From: Prevotella sp. UBA746
Lineage (GTDB): Bacteria > Bacteroidota > Bacteroidia > Bacteroidales > Bacteroidaceae
NCBI GenBank assembly: GCA_002298545.1
Contig: DBKQ01000005.1
Location: 187-64,186, forward strand
Direction: 5' to 3'
DNA length: 64,000 nt
The position numbers and the translations under genes were made by a program. Of the stretch, positions 9,343 to 19,870 are shown in pieces (within the stretch, counting starts at the first letter, position 1; every line of letters starts with the position of its first letter). The notes below the pieces were generated by a model, which was not told the origin of the DNA, ran no database searches, and was given only the letters and a program-made list of their open reading frames with translations.

Positions 9343-10308
9343 CTACTGATCCTCCCCTATCGGCATAAATTGCTCCACCTTAATGCCATCAACGATACTG
9401 TCGGCAAGACTGATGTTCGGCACATGGATACTTGTACATCCCAAAGCCTCAGCTGCCGTCATATAAATCTCGGCAGCCGGAATGATAACATCAGCACGGT
9501 CAGTCTTCAGTCCGAACTGTTCGATGCGTTCCTCAATACTCAGCGGCTTCAGTTTTTCGTATATATCCCGGATTTCGCTTACGAGAATTTCCTTAGCGTC
9601 TTTCTTCGTATGAGTAAGCTTGAAGAGTTTGTTTATATTACCTCCAGAACCGATAAGATGAATGTCGGGAATCTCCTTGGAGTATAGCGAGAGGTCCGTC
9701 TTCATCTCGTTGATAGCCGACTGCGATACTTTTCCGCTGAGCATCCTCAGAGTTCCTATGTTATACGACTTGCTATGAGCCAGCAATCCGTTGTGGATAA
9801 GAGAAATCTCCGTACTTCCGCCGCCCACGTCGATATAGGCGAAGTCGCCTACAACACATTCGCTGTTTTCTATCATATTATTGCAGAGCAGTCGAGCTTC
9901 CTCCTGTCCTTTGATAATTTCGACTCTTATGCCTGTCTTCTTGTATAGACGCTTCAAAACCTTCTCCCCATTCTCGGCATCACGCATAGCCGAAGTGGCA
10001 CAAGCACGATAGCTAATCACGTCATTAAGCCGCATAATATGCTTAAACGCCTTTAGCATCTCCAGCATTTTCTCCACTCGCTCTTTTGATATCTTGCCGA
10101 GAGTAAACACATCCTTTCCCAAGCGCAAAGGAACACGCATATACATGACTCTCGAAATCTTTGGTTCCTCAATGCCGTTCTTTCTATAGAAATTCTTTAT
10201 CAGCAGTCTGGCTCCGTTGGAACCTATATCGATAGCCGCCAAATTATAAGATATGTCGAAGCCCTTATTTTCAGAATCTTTTATTTCTATATTTTCTTTG
10301 TCTGTCAT
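9343..10308 (-). CDS. ppx: Exopolyphosphatase, Ppx/GppA family
   Basis: AAIDIGSNG, ACATSAMRDAEN, DVGGGSTE and DRADVIIPA motifs; downstream of ppk. Confidence 0.9.
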   Translation of the reverse strand: MTDKENIEIKDSENKGFDISYNLAAIDIGSNGARLLIKNFYRKNGIEEPKISRVMYMRVPLRLGKDVFTLGKISKERVEKMLEMLKAFKHIMRLNDVISYRACATSAMRDAENGEKVLKRLYKKTGIRVEIIKGQEEARLLCNNMIENSECVVGDFAYIDVGGGSTEISLIHNGLLAHSKSYNIGTLRMLSGKVSQSAINEMKTDLSLYSKEIPDIHLIGSGGNINKLFKLTHTKKDAKEILVSEIRDIYEKLKPLSIEERIEQFGLKTDRADVIIPAAEIYMTAAEALGCTSIHVPNISLADSIVDGIKVEQFMPIGEDQ

Positions 10309-10356
10309 TTATTCAAATATAAAGCTTGTTGTGAATGAAAAAAATATCAGTTCCCT

Positions 10357-12423
10357 TCAATCCTTTGCCGATAGCGTTTTCTTCTGTATCTCCTCTTGCG
10401 AACGGAAAACCTTTCCGTCCTCACTTGTTTGCAAAGGGTCGTTGCCCTTGCCGTCTACGAGTCTGCCATTGGTAGTGTCGGCAAGTCCGTACTCCACGGT
10501 GCGCAGCAAGTCGCGCTGCATGTCAAGGTCATAGACAGGAGTGTACACTTCGATACGGTTGAGCAGATTGCGAGGCATCCAGTCGGCACTGCCAATAAAG
10601 TATTTCGGCTGTCCGTTGTTGCATGTAATGATAATCCGCGAGTGTTCCAGATAGCGGTCGATGATACCCACAATCTTTATGTTGTCGCTCACTCCCGGTA
10701 TTCCCGGCACGAGCGAGCAGTTGCCCCTTACGAGCAGTTCTATCTTCACTCCAGCCTGAGATGCAGCATAAAGTTTCTCCACCATGTCGCGCTCTGTGAT
10801 ATGGTTAATCTTCACCTTAATCCAAGCCTCCTTGCCAGCCTTGGCATTCTTAATCTCGTTATTCAGCAGCTGCAGCAATTTCGTCTTCATAGAGTTCGGC
10901 GACACGAGAAGTTCGCGGAATCGCGGCTGCGAGAACGGACGGTTGATGAATTCAAACACACGGTTCACCTCGCTCACGATATCCTTCCTTGCCGTCATCA
11001 TCAGATAGTCGGTATATACCTTTGCGTTGCCTTCGTGGAAGTTACCGGTTCCTATACATGCAATGCTTCCCTTCTTTGATTCTATATAGAGGAGCTTGGA
11101 GTGAACCTTCAGTCCTTCAACTCCAAAAATCACGTTGATGCCCTCTTCCTGCATGCGTTTGCTCCATTTAATGTTGCTCTTCTCGTCGAAGCGGGCAAGC
11201 AGCTCCACTACGGCAGTAACCTTCTTACCGTTGCGTGCGGCACATACAAGAGCCTTCACCACCTTTGAGTCTGAAGCCAAACGATACAGTGTAGTCTTTA
11301 TCTCCTTCACATCGGGATGCAACGCAGCCTCGCGGAGCACACGGATATACGAGTCGAACGAGTTGTAGGGAACATGAATAAACCTGTCCTTCTCCCTTAT
11401 CTGCTTCAGTATACTCTCCTCCTTCAAGAACTCGTCTTTCATAACGTGTTCCCATTTCGGATATTTCAGTTCCTTGTGTCCGAAGTCGGGGAATTTCATC
11501 AAGTCCTTGTGGTTCTGATACCTTCCGCTCGGCAGTGCAGCATCGAGGTGATCCACATTGAGACGAGCCATAATTTTCTTCTGCATATCCTTAGGCATCA
11601 GCTTGTCGTAGATAAGACGGACGGGCTCTCCCTTCTTGCGGCTGTTCACTCCCTTGGCGATAAGCTGCAACACACCGTAGTCGGAATCGTTTTCCATTTC
11701 CATCTCGGCATCCTTGGTAAACTTAAATGAGTAAGCCTCGAAAGTGCTCGGTTTGAAACCGATAAAGATAAGCGGCAGACAGAAGCGTACCACGTCGTCG
11801 AGATATATCGCATTCTGGTATCCGTTGCTTGGAGGCAGCACAAGGAAGCGACCGAAGTCGCTGTCGGGCACTTTTATGATGGCATAGTCGGTCTTCGGCT
11901 TCTTACCGAAGGTCTCCTCCTTTTCTGTCTTCTTTACTATCAGATAGATACGGTTGTCCTGGAGTTTTCCTATTTCAGATATGTTGTCGAGCCAAATAGG
12001 GTTCGTCGCCCCGTTCAGTTTGTCGTAATAGAAATCCTTGATAAACTGTTTCTGCTCCTCGTTCAGAGTATTCTCGTTGAGCAGTTTGATGTTGTGCTCC
12101 TCCAGTTGTCCGAACACGTGAGCTATTGTGTCGGTATATTCCGTACTATATGCGGCATTCAGTTTATTTATCGTCTTTATGGTCTGCTTCAGTCTCTCCC
12201 TTTCCTTCTTGGCACTCTTGTCGGCAGATTCAAGCAGTCGGTTGAGTGATGCCATTCTGACGCGGAAGAATTCATCAAGGTTGTTTGAGTAAATACCGAG
12301 GAACGACAGTCGTTCGAGCAGGGGGATATTGTCTTTCTGAGCCTCTTTCAGAATACGGTGATTAAAATACATCCAGCTCACATCGCGGTCGACATAAGCA
12401 TTCTTTAAATTCTTGTCTTTCAT
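10357..12423 (-). CDS. ppk1: Polyphosphate kinase 1
   Basis: DRDVSWMYFNHRIL, SNNLDEFFRVR, ELLARFDE, KVHSKL, DRYLEHSR and SADWMPRNL motifs. Confidence 0.95.
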   Translation of the reverse strand: MKDKNLKNAYVDRDVSWMYFNHRILKEAQKDNIPLLERLSFLGIYSNNLDEFFRVRMASLNRLLESADKSAKKERERLKQTIKTINKLNAAYSTEYTDTIAHVFGQLEEHNIKLLNENTLNEEQKQFIKDFYYDKLNGATNPIWLDNISEIGKLQDNRIYLIVKKTEKEETFGKKPKTDYAIIKVPDSDFGRFLVLPPSNGYQNAIYLDDVVRFCLPLIFIGFKPSTFEAYSFKFTKDAEMEMENDSDYGVLQLIAKGVNSRKKGEPVRLIYDKLMPKDMQKKIMARLNVDHLDAALPSGRYQNHKDLMKFPDFGHKELKYPKWEHVMKDEFLKEESILKQIREKDRFIHVPYNSFDSYIRVLREAALHPDVKEIKTTLYRLASDSKVVKALVCAARNGKKVTAVVELLARFDEKSNIKWSKRMQEEGINVIFGVEGLKVHSKLLYIESKKGSIACIGTGNFHEGNAKVYTDYLMMTARKDIVSEVNRVFEFINRPFSQPRFRELLVSPNSMKTKLLQLLNNEIKNAKAGKEAWIKVKINHITERDMVEKLYAASQAGVKIELLVRGNCSLVPGIPGVSDNIKIVGIIDRYLEHSRIIITCNNGQPKYFIGSADWMPRNLLNRIEVYTPVYDLDMQRDLLRTVEYGLADTTNGRLVDGKGNDPLQTSEDGKVFRSQEEIQKKTLSAKD

Positions 12424-13415
12424 TTTACTTTGTACATTGGTGGAACGGAATGTTTATTGGCTTTCTTGCTTTTCTTTGCCTTCTCGGCTTTCTTTGAAGT
12501 CTTAGAGGACTCTGAATTCTCTGAAAGCTCAGAGTTATCCGACTGCTCAGCCTTTTTATCCGACGCAGTAGTCGTATTTTCAATAATTCTATCTTCGAAA
12601 TCCCTTGTCGGTTTCTTGAATTTCCCGGCAGAATCCTTTGGTATTGTTATATTGCGTATATCCTCGCAACCGGCAAGCATCGTGCGTTTCATCTTCTTTG
12701 GAATGCCATTGAAACTGATATTTCTAAGATTAAGACAGTCACCAAAGGCACATTCGCCGATAAACTCCGTGCTTTCTGGTATTACTACAGAAAGTAAAGC
12801 ATCGCAGTCGAAGAAAGCCTCATCATCGATAACCTTCAGCGACTGTGGCAGAACGACCCGTTGCAGCTGTCGCTTGCCGGAGAAAGCCTTTTCTCCAATA
12901 CATTCTACTCCTTCTGGAACGGTATATTCCCTGTCGTCGGAAACAAAAGAGACGAGAGTCTTGCCGTGGTCGGTAAAGACAGCCTTGCCGTCGCAGACTA
13001 CATTCTCCGACAGACTGCTTATATGAATATTATGAATACCGATAAATGGATTTATACCGATTTTCTTTACTGACTTTGGTATGCTTATTTCCATCAGTGA
13101 AATGCATTTTCCGAAAGCCTCATGCCCGATACTTTCAATCCCTTCAGGCAGAATGAGTTCTTCCAGATATGCACATCCCCAGAATGCGTCGGCATCGATT
13201 TCCCTTACTCCCTCGCATACTTCGTATTGTCCGCCGAGGCTTTTGGATGCCATGAGCAGATGACGTCCGTTTTTAGAATAATACACGCCATCGAGGTCTT
13301 TACGGCTTCCCGTAGTTCGTCTAATAGCATAATCAATAACAAGCTTCTCCAGTTTGTCATCGGTTCTTAACTCATTTTTCAGTCCGTTTACAGCAGACTT
13401 TTTCATCTCTTTCAT
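12420..13415 (-). CDS. BspA-type leucine-rich-repeat protein with Lys/Ser-rich tail
   Basis: Repeats of the form LPEGIESIGHEAF / IPKSVKKIG / VPEGVECIGEKAF. No signal peptide. The stop overlaps the ppk1 start. Confidence 0.8.
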   Translation of the reverse strand: MKEMKKSAVNGLKNELRTDDKLEKLVIDYAIRRTTGSRKDLDGVYYSKNGRHLLMASKSLGGQYEVCEGVREIDADAFWGCAYLEELILPEGIESIGHEAFGKCISLMEISIPKSVKKIGINPFIGIHNIHISSLSENVVCDGKAVFTDHGKTLVSFVSDDREYTVPEGVECIGEKAFSGKRQLQRVVLPQSLKVIDDEAFFDCDALLSVVIPESTEFIGECAFGDCLNLRNISFNGIPKKMKRTMLAGCEDIRNITIPKDSAGKFKKPTRDFEDRIIENTTTASDKKAEQSDNSELSENSESSKTSKKAEKAKKSKKANKHSVPPMYKVK

Positions 13416-13532
13416 AATAGTTTTGTTAAATCTGCTGCAAAAGTAAGCTAAATAGTTGATGTACAGGTTGTATATCCTATTACGAGATTATTAAAAGGAT
13501 ATTACAAACATGTTAACAAGATTAAGTGTTAC

Positions 13533-13578
13533 AAAAAAATTCGAGATTTTCTATACCTATATTATAGAAAACCTCGAA
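13533..13578 (-). terminator. Intrinsic terminator closing the ECF island
   Basis: TTCGAG-A-TTTTCTATA / TATAGAAAA-C-CTCGAA stem with an A7 tract (T7 on the minus strand). Confidence 0.65.
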
Positions 13579-13585
13579 CTTAAAT

Positions 13586-14257
13586 TCACCAAATATATCC
13601 AATGTTAAGAGATATTGATTTTTCTTTCATTCCATATTGCTGAGACAATTTTGCCAATCCGTATTTGTATCCAAACGACAGACTGTAGTGTTTGTCAAGA
13701 ACTACATTTATATTTGCGGCTAAACCATAGTCGAACCGTTTGAAAGCATCGATGTGATGATTGCCGTTATCGTAATTATCAAAACAGTTCCATTTCTCTT
13801 CTCTTTTAGAATATGCAAGTGTTACATTTTCTTTAAAGGATGCAAAGGCATACCTTCCGTAAAGTCCGATATTTGGATTAAGTGTTATACTTTTGCCAAG
13901 GGATATGTTGTAACCTATGGTTATTGGCACTTGTATATACATCGGTCTCGTATTTACTTTTGAAAATTCCGTGGATTGCCCTTCATCGGAATAGTAGTCG
14001 CTCAATACGGAGAACTTGCCTCCACCGGTCAATAGCCCAATACCTGAAGTAACTGTAAACTTGTTTTTTGTCGTATATACAATATCTGCACCTATTTCAG
14101 CTCCCACTTTGTATTTACTGCCGTAAATTCGGTATGTATCGCCTCCGGATAAGTTTGACATATTGGCTCCGACATGTGCACCTATCTTAAAAGTCTGAGC
14201 ATCGGATGTACAAATACTGCAAACGGCTAAAGCCAGAATAAGGATTTTTCTTTTCAT
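13586..14257 (-). CDS. Porin-family outer-membrane beta-barrel protein
   Basis: Signal peptide, GANMS, YIQVPITIGY, FDYGL, YKYGL motifs and terminal aromatic residue. Confidence 0.8.
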   Translation of the reverse strand: MKRKILILALAVCSICTSDAQTFKIGAHVGANMSNLSGGDTYRIYGSKYKVGAEIGADIVYTTKNKFTVTSGIGLLTGGGKFSVLSDYYSDEGQSTEFSKVNTRPMYIQVPITIGYNISLGKSITLNPNIGLYGRYAFASFKENVTLAYSKREEKWNCFDNYDNGNHHIDAFKRFDYGLAANINVVLDKHYSLSFGYKYGLAKLSQQYGMKEKSISLNIGYIW

Positions 14258-14258
14258 A

Positions 14259-15308
14259 TTATTCGAATCTTCTTTGTTTTAGATAAATCTTTACGGTTTT
14301 TGCTTTTGACTTTAAGCATTTTGGTACAATGTAACCATTTTTTGTTTCTGTTATATCATTCCCTTTCGAGTCATGTTCTGATGTCATGTCTGTCCAGGTA
14401 TCTATCTCGCCTGTTACATAATCATAGTTTGGAATTTTTCCTAAAATGAAGTCAAACCCTCTTTGGGCGTTTTTATTTATTATATACCTTGGCATTGGCC
14501 CTGTTGGGACTTCTTGTCCATACATTCCGGCTCTCAAGTAAATAAAGTTGCTTAAGTTCGTATCAAAATAGTAAGATCTGTTAGAATCGTTCTTCCAGCC
14601 ATACCACATTTTTTTCTTGCAGAACATCTTTACTCTCATTTTATCATTTTGCATATAGGCATCGAAATATACTCTTTTATGTTTCTTGGGACTATATACG
14701 AACGTGTTTACCGGTACTGAGTTGTTGTTTCTTACAGCCTTGGTCAATCTCTTGGTAGATTCCGATAAATCTTTTGATAGGTTTGCGTTGCAGATTTTAT
14801 TGCCGACTACATATATACCTTGTTCGTTTCCGATGTATGACATAATATTGTCTTCATCTGGTACATATAAATCCAAATCTTCATTATCCATATCGTTCTG
14901 TATAAGTTTTCCTTTGTATTTTTTTACATATTCAGCATACAATTTTTTAAATTCATCTTCTGACTTTGCTTTTTCCCCTATTTCTTCAAGTTCATTTTCT
15001 GCTTTTTCGGCGATATCATAAAGATTCTTAACCCCATATTTGTTTATAACGTTTTCTTTTTCAAAATCAGTCATTTTCCTGAGTGAGTCCTTAAAATTAT
15101 TAAGGATTAGGCTATCTTTGAAACATAGTGCTGCCCCTCCATTAAGTGCAGCTCTTGATATGGCATTTCCATTGTTAATGTAAACAACCGAAATATCATT
15201 CTTTTCATCGTTTCTTACAAATTCGTCATCGTTGACTGGAAGTTCATTGCTGCAAGATGAGACCAAAGCAATAGCAAGTAGGCTCATAAGTAATCTCGAT
15301 TTCTTCAT
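14259..15308 (-). CDS. Lipoprotein, DUF4848-like
   Basis: Lipobox VSSC; segments LYDIAEKAENELE, YIGNEQGIYVVG and CKKKMWYGWK resemble DUF4848. Confidence 0.6.
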   Translation of the reverse strand: MKKSRLLMSLLAIALVSSCSNELPVNDDEFVRNDEKNDISVVYINNGNAISRAALNGGAALCFKDSLILNNFKDSLRKMTDFEKENVINKYGVKNLYDIAEKAENELEEIGEKAKSEDEFKKLYAEYVKKYKGKLIQNDMDNEDLDLYVPDEDNIMSYIGNEQGIYVVGNKICNANLSKDLSESTKRLTKAVRNNNSVPVNTFVYSPKKHKRVYFDAYMQNDKMRVKMFCKKKMWYGWKNDSNRSYYFDTNLSNFIYLRAGMYGQEVPTGPMPRYIINKNAQRGFDFILGKIPNYDYVTGEIDTWTDMTSEHDSKGNDITETKNGYIVPKCLKSKAKTVKIYLKQRRFE

Positions 15309-15342
15309 TTTTATTTTTTTAATGATTAATGTTCATTAATAT

Positions 15343-15368
15343 GACGCTACAAAATGAATAAACCCTTA
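15343..15368 (-). promoter_or_regulatory. Putative ECF-sigma promoter TAAGGGT-N15-CGTC
   Basis: Same bipartite motif and spacing as 19871-19896 upstream of the ECF sigma gene. Confidence 0.65.
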
Positions 15369-15380
15369 GGTCTGTTTGGA

Positions 15381-16274
15381 TTATTTTGTCCAGCCGCTTT
15401 CTATTACGTTATAAGCAGCAATACAACCATATCCATTTTTAATATTGGAATATGTGGGATATATAAAGGCCATGCCGTGTTTCCCGAAGTCATTGTTCAT
15501 TGAATTGTTGAATGACTTCAGCATGCAAAAGTATTCTTTTGAGAGTGAATATATTTTCACGTTAAACGCATTATACCATGGTCGTTGCAATATATATAAA
15601 TGTAGAGAATTTGCTCCGTTATTGAATGTTTCGTTGTCAAAGATATACATGTTGGCATAGAACGATTCATAAGTCTCGAAATTGATTTTTGTAGATGCAT
15701 ATTTCTTTAGTAAAGGTTCATTCTCAACTTCCAATTCTACTGTTTCGTGCTTCTCTTGTTCATTATCGTTGTCAACGGCACCTGCCACTTGTGCTGCATA
15801 ATATTTAATAGAATTAAAGTCATGGATATTATACAATATACGATTGTAAATTTCACCCTTGTATGATGTTGTATCCATATATATATATTCAGCCTTTGGC
15901 TTCTGGGGAATTATACTGCTTCCGCTTACAGGCAATGCTCCTTCTGCCGATACATTAATGGTAATGGTGTCACCCGGAGCGTGTTTGCCTACTGCACAAA
16001 AAGAAGTTTCGTATATGCCATTTTCTTCGGTATCACACTTGTGGGCGATATTGTCTCTCTTTCCATTGACAAGACATTCTATTGATTTTATTACAGGCTT
16101 TTCTGCTTTTCCGTTTTTTACCTTTCCGATACTTATGTTTATGAAGATAGAATCATTAGTAGACGGAAAAGCATAAACGACAAGTTTTTCCTTTCCAAGA
16201 GTAAGTTCGGAATCAATCTTGTCTTGGCAAGATGCAAACAGGGCTGCAAATAAGAAAAGTATTATATATCTCAT
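15381..16274 (-). CDS. DUF4249 family lipoprotein
   Basis: Lipobox FASC, KLVVYAF, and C-terminal YSLSKEYF...YSNIKNGYGCIAAY; follows a TonB-dependent receptor gene. Confidence 0.8.
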   Translation of the reverse strand: MRYIILFLFAALFASCQDKIDSELTLGKEKLVVYAFPSTNDSIFINISIGKVKNGKAEKPVIKSIECLVNGKRDNIAHKCDTEENGIYETSFCAVGKHAPGDTITINVSAEGALPVSGSSIIPQKPKAEYIYMDTTSYKGEIYNRILYNIHDFNSIKYYAAQVAGAVDNDNEQEKHETVELEVENEPLLKKYASTKINFETYESFYANMYIFDNETFNNGANSLHLYILQRPWYNAFNVKIYSLSKEYFCMLKSFNNSMNNDFGKHGMAFIYPTYSNIKNGYGCIAAYNVIESGWTK

Positions 16275-16277
16275 AAC

Positions 16278-18842
16278 TTAAAATTTGATGGAGTATGAAA
16301 CGGATGGAATTATAGGTATGAAACCTTTTCTCTTTATGTGAACGTTACCGACTTTGTCTGCATACGTTTTTATATACATAGTATTAAGATGGCAGAAGAT
16401 ATTGTATATGCTGATATTCCATATATATATGTTTCCGCTTCTGCTGCCAGTTCTCTTGATGTTACATCCTATGTCGAATCTGTGATAAGTAGGCATAGTG
16501 TAGTTGTTTGGTTTTGAATATATAAATCCGAAATCTCTGTTTCCGTTATTGTCAGACAAGTTAGGCAATGGGATATATGCCGTGGGAACAGAAGTCTTGT
16601 TTCCACTATGCAATGTCAATTGAGAAAACATGGAGAATTTCTGTGTAGGATGGTATTCTACCGACAGATTTAGCCTGTGCCTGTTGTCGAACTGGTCATA
16701 AAACCATTTGTCGTATATTTCCTTGAAGTATCTTTTGCTCCAAGATAAAGTGTAAGCCAATGTTGAATTAAGTTTGCTCCTGTTTAATTTAATCACTGTT
16801 TCGAGTCCATAAGAAAGTCCGTTTCCTAAAGTCACATTCTTGTCCCATTCTACGGCAGAAGGTATTACTCCGTTCCAATTTCTGAATCGCAAGATATTGT
16901 ATGTCTTTTTGTAAAAGGCAGACACGTCAACGCTTAAGCCCTTCTTTATATTTGATTTTAAACCAATAGAAAACTGGTAAGACGTTGACGGTTTAAACGT
17001 TTTAGTTACGGGAGTCCAGAAATCCATCGGCATATCAAGATAACAGTCTGATATCCGGTGTATGCTTTGCGACATTCGTGTTGCAGAAAGGTTTAGTGAA
17101 GTTTTTTCGGAAAGCAGAAAACTTGCAGATAGTCTTGGGTCAAACATGTAATAGTTTTTTCCTTTCACATTGATGACAGACAAACTTGAACCTATGTTCA
17201 ACTTTATTGACTCAATTGGCTTTGTCATACTTTCCACATAAAAAGTTGATTCTATTGATTTAACTTTAGAGCCATTGTATACGGCTGTAGTATCAATATT
17301 GCTATCTGTATTGTAGAAATAGAATGATGACATCATTTCTTGAGGTTTGAATTTATGTATTGTAGAGGAAAGCCCTGTTCTTAGTTGCTGTTTTGAGGAT
17401 ATGTTCCAAAATGCGTCAGCCCTCACAGAAAAGTCTTGCATCTTTATCTTGTCTGATCTTATGTCAAGACTGTTTCTGTGTAATATGTCGTTGTCGTCAC
17501 GGTATGTATCGTCATCGTCATATCTGTATACAGATTTAGACTCTGCATAAATGAGTTTTGTCTGTGCAAATAATCTGTCAGACAAACAGAAATCGCCACC
17601 CAAACATACATTTACATTTCCCCAGTTCATTTTGTTGTTTGTCGTGTTGGAATATCCGTCCCACGAGCTGTTGTCTTTTATCCCATACTTGTCGTGACTT
17701 GTGTATAGACTTGCCCAAATAGAATTGTCATTAAACCTATGCGTTACTTTAGCATTGATGTCATAGAAAGCATAGTCGTAACTGACATTATCATTCTTGT
17801 CCTTTGCAAAAGCATATATTAATTTAAGCGGAAGATCCAGCCAGCTTCTTCTTAATGCAATATTGAAAGAGGTTTTTCCTTTAGCAATAGGTCCTTCAAG
17901 CTGTAGTCTGCCATCAAGTAGCCCGATAGAGAACTTTCCGCAAACATTCTTCATATTGCCGTCTTTTGTCCGTATATCGGCAACAGACGACAATCTTCCG
18001 CTGTATCTTGCAGGAAAGCCATTCTTATAGAAATCGATGTTTTTGATAATATCGGTATTGAATGCAGAAAAAAGTCCAAAAGAATGGTTTGTCTGGTAAA
18101 CAGGTGCTCCGTCAAGGATGAAAAGATTCTCATCATTGTTTCCTCCACGAACATAAAGGCCTGAAGATAGTTCTATGCCGTTGCTTATTCCAGGCAAGCG
18201 CTGTAAGGTTTTGATAACATCCGGTGATGACAATAAAGAGTATTCTTTGTTTATATCGGCAGCCGTTAAAATTGTCTTTTCGCTTTGTTGGGAAAGGCTG
18301 TTTTCGTTCACCACAACTTCTTTTAGTTCAAAACTTTCGGTATTTATAGTGAAGTCTGTTCTCTTTTTTGACTTCATGTATATTTTGGTTTCACCAGACT
18401 TGTTTCCGAAATAATAAGCGACCAAAGAATGTTCTCCTTCTTTCAGATAAAAACGGTATCTGCCTTCAGCATCTGTTGACGCATGACTTTCTGTTGTGAT
18501 GTCCTTAACCGTAGCATTGACAATAGGTTCACCATTATTGTCTTTTACATACCCGCTCAATATGTAGTATGGCGCATTTTGTTCTTTTAGTATAACATTG
18601 TTGCCGGCAATAACAAAGCTGATATTCGTCTGTCTAAAAGTTCTTGTCAGAGCTTCTTTTAGTGTCAATCCTTTTATCGTCTCCCCTTTGTATATTCTGT
18701 TTGTCTTTATTTTAGAGTCATAGACAAAATGTATTTTATATTCATTCTGTATATTTTGCATTTGGTCATAAAGCGTTGACTTTTGTGCAAAAGCCAGATT
18801 ACACATTAACAATAAGAACGATAGCAATTTGATTTTTTTCAT
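16278..18842 (-). CDS. TonB-dependent receptor/transducer with N-terminal STN and carboxypeptidase-like domains
   Basis: STN-like TLKEALTRTF, DVIKTLQRLPG, LYVRGG, KNGFPARYSGRLSSV and YHRFDIG motifs, terminal F. Confidence 0.9.
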   Translation of the reverse strand: MKKIKLLSFLLLMCNLAFAQKSTLYDQMQNIQNEYKIHFVYDSKIKTNRIYKGETIKGLTLKEALTRTFRQTNISFVIAGNNVILKEQNAPYYILSGYVKDNNGEPIVNATVKDITTESHASTDAEGRYRFYLKEGEHSLVAYYFGNKSGETKIYMKSKKRTDFTINTESFELKEVVVNENSLSQQSEKTILTAADINKEYSLLSSPDVIKTLQRLPGISNGIELSSGLYVRGGNNDENLFILDGAPVYQTNHSFGLFSAFNTDIIKNIDFYKNGFPARYSGRLSSVADIRTKDGNMKNVCGKFSIGLLDGRLQLEGPIAKGKTSFNIALRRSWLDLPLKLIYAFAKDKNDNVSYDYAFYDINAKVTHRFNDNSIWASLYTSHDKYGIKDNSSWDGYSNTTNNKMNWGNVNVCLGGDFCLSDRLFAQTKLIYAESKSVYRYDDDDTYRDDNDILHRNSLDIRSDKIKMQDFSVRADAFWNISSKQQLRTGLSSTIHKFKPQEMMSSFYFYNTDSNIDTTAVYNGSKVKSIESTFYVESMTKPIESIKLNIGSSLSVINVKGKNYYMFDPRLSASFLLSEKTSLNLSATRMSQSIHRISDCYLDMPMDFWTPVTKTFKPSTSYQFSIGLKSNIKKGLSVDVSAFYKKTYNILRFRNWNGVIPSAVEWDKNVTLGNGLSYGLETVIKLNRSKLNSTLAYTLSWSKRYFKEIYDKWFYDQFDNRHRLNLSVEYHPTQKFSMFSQLTLHSGNKTSVPTAYIPLPNLSDNNGNRDFGFIYSKPNNYTMPTYHRFDIGCNIKRTGSRSGNIYIWNISIYNIFCHLNTMYIKTYADKVGNVHIKRKGFIPIIPSVSYSIKF

Positions 18843-19315
18843 TTCTTCGTTACCTTTATGTTAAGCGTAGCTTCCAAAACAGCAATGGCATCATCAGGTG
18901 ATGTCGATTCTATTTCGCCCGAAACACATTTCGTTGAATCTTCTGTGGTCAGTTCACAGCCATAATAATCCGAAATCTCTTTAAGGGCTATATTTACGGG
19001 AGTATTGTCAAAAGTGAATACTTTTGTTCCCATTGCCTTTTTCGAATGAACATTCTGCTTATGGTGTACGGCTTCTGTCTTTCCTTTATTCTGATGAACA
19101 CCGGATGGTGTTTCCGTAAAAATGATGACACATGCCATGGTGGCACAGATAAAGAATGTCAATGAGGCTGCAACAGAATATTTTTCCCATTTCTTTTCTC
19201 TCTTGGCTATTCCCGATATTTCCGAGAATTTAGTCCATGCCTTCTCCGTATTCAATCTGCCTTGTCTGTAGTTCTTAATGACAAACTCCAGCTCTTTCTC
19301 GTTATTTTCATTCAT
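18839..19315 (-). CDS. Short FecR-like anti-sigma factor (DUF4974-like C-terminus)
   Basis: NTEKAW, TM with VAAS, and FTFDNTPVNIALKEISDYYG; lies between the ECF sigma and the TBDR. Confidence 0.75.
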   Translation of the reverse strand: MNENNEKELEFVIKNYRQGRLNTEKAWTKFSEISGIAKREKKWEKYSVAASLTFFICATMACVIIFTETPSGVHQNKGKTEAVHHKQNVHSKKAMGTKVFTFDNTPVNIALKEISDYYGCELTTEDSTKCVSGEIESTSPDDAIAVLEATLNIKVTKK

Positions 19316-19342
19316 ATCGCTGTAGGATTTATGGTTAAACTT

Positions 19343-19852
19343 TTACAGAAACAATATTGCATATATTCTTTTTGCTGTTCCTCTCAGTTTGGAGTAAGCC
19401 TTAGTAATATGCGCTTCAACAGTCTTTATTGAAATGTTCAGTTCATCAGCAATATCTTTATTCTTTAGTCCATCCCGCTTGCTCAGGAGAAAAACATTTC
19501 GGCATACTGGCGATAAAGAATCTATGGCTTTCCACAGGCGTGCCTCCCTGTCGCTTTGTTCTTTAGTAGAATAAAAGTCAGAGTCGCTGATTTCAAGATT
19601 GTCTATATCAACAGTAATATTCCCTTTTGCTCTCAAATAGTCGATGCTTGCAAAACGGGTCATTTGATATAAATATCTTAACGGGTCGAGAACGACGGAG
19701 TCTTTGCTTCTTTCATAATATTTTAAGAAGCAGTCCATAACGATGTCTTCCGCCACATCTATGTCATTGACATAGTGTGTGGCGGAAAGACATAATGAGT
19801 TATAGTTTCTTTTAAACAGTGTCTCTATGTCTGTAGAGTCAGTTGCTTTCAT
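19343..19852 (-). CDS. ECF RNA polymerase sigma-70 factor
   Basis: AEDIVMDCF, LSPVCRNVFLLS and KDIADELNISIKTVEAHITKA motifs. Confidence 0.9.
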   Translation of the reverse strand: MKATDSTDIETLFKRNYNSLCLSATHYVNDIDVAEDIVMDCFLKYYERSKDSVVLDPLRYLYQMTRFASIDYLRAKGNITVDIDNLEISDSDFYSTKEQSDREARLWKAIDSLSPVCRNVFLLSKRDGLKNKDIADELNISIKTVEAHITKAYSKLRGTAKRIYAILFL

Positions 19853-19870
19853 ACAGTTTTTTTATTTAGA

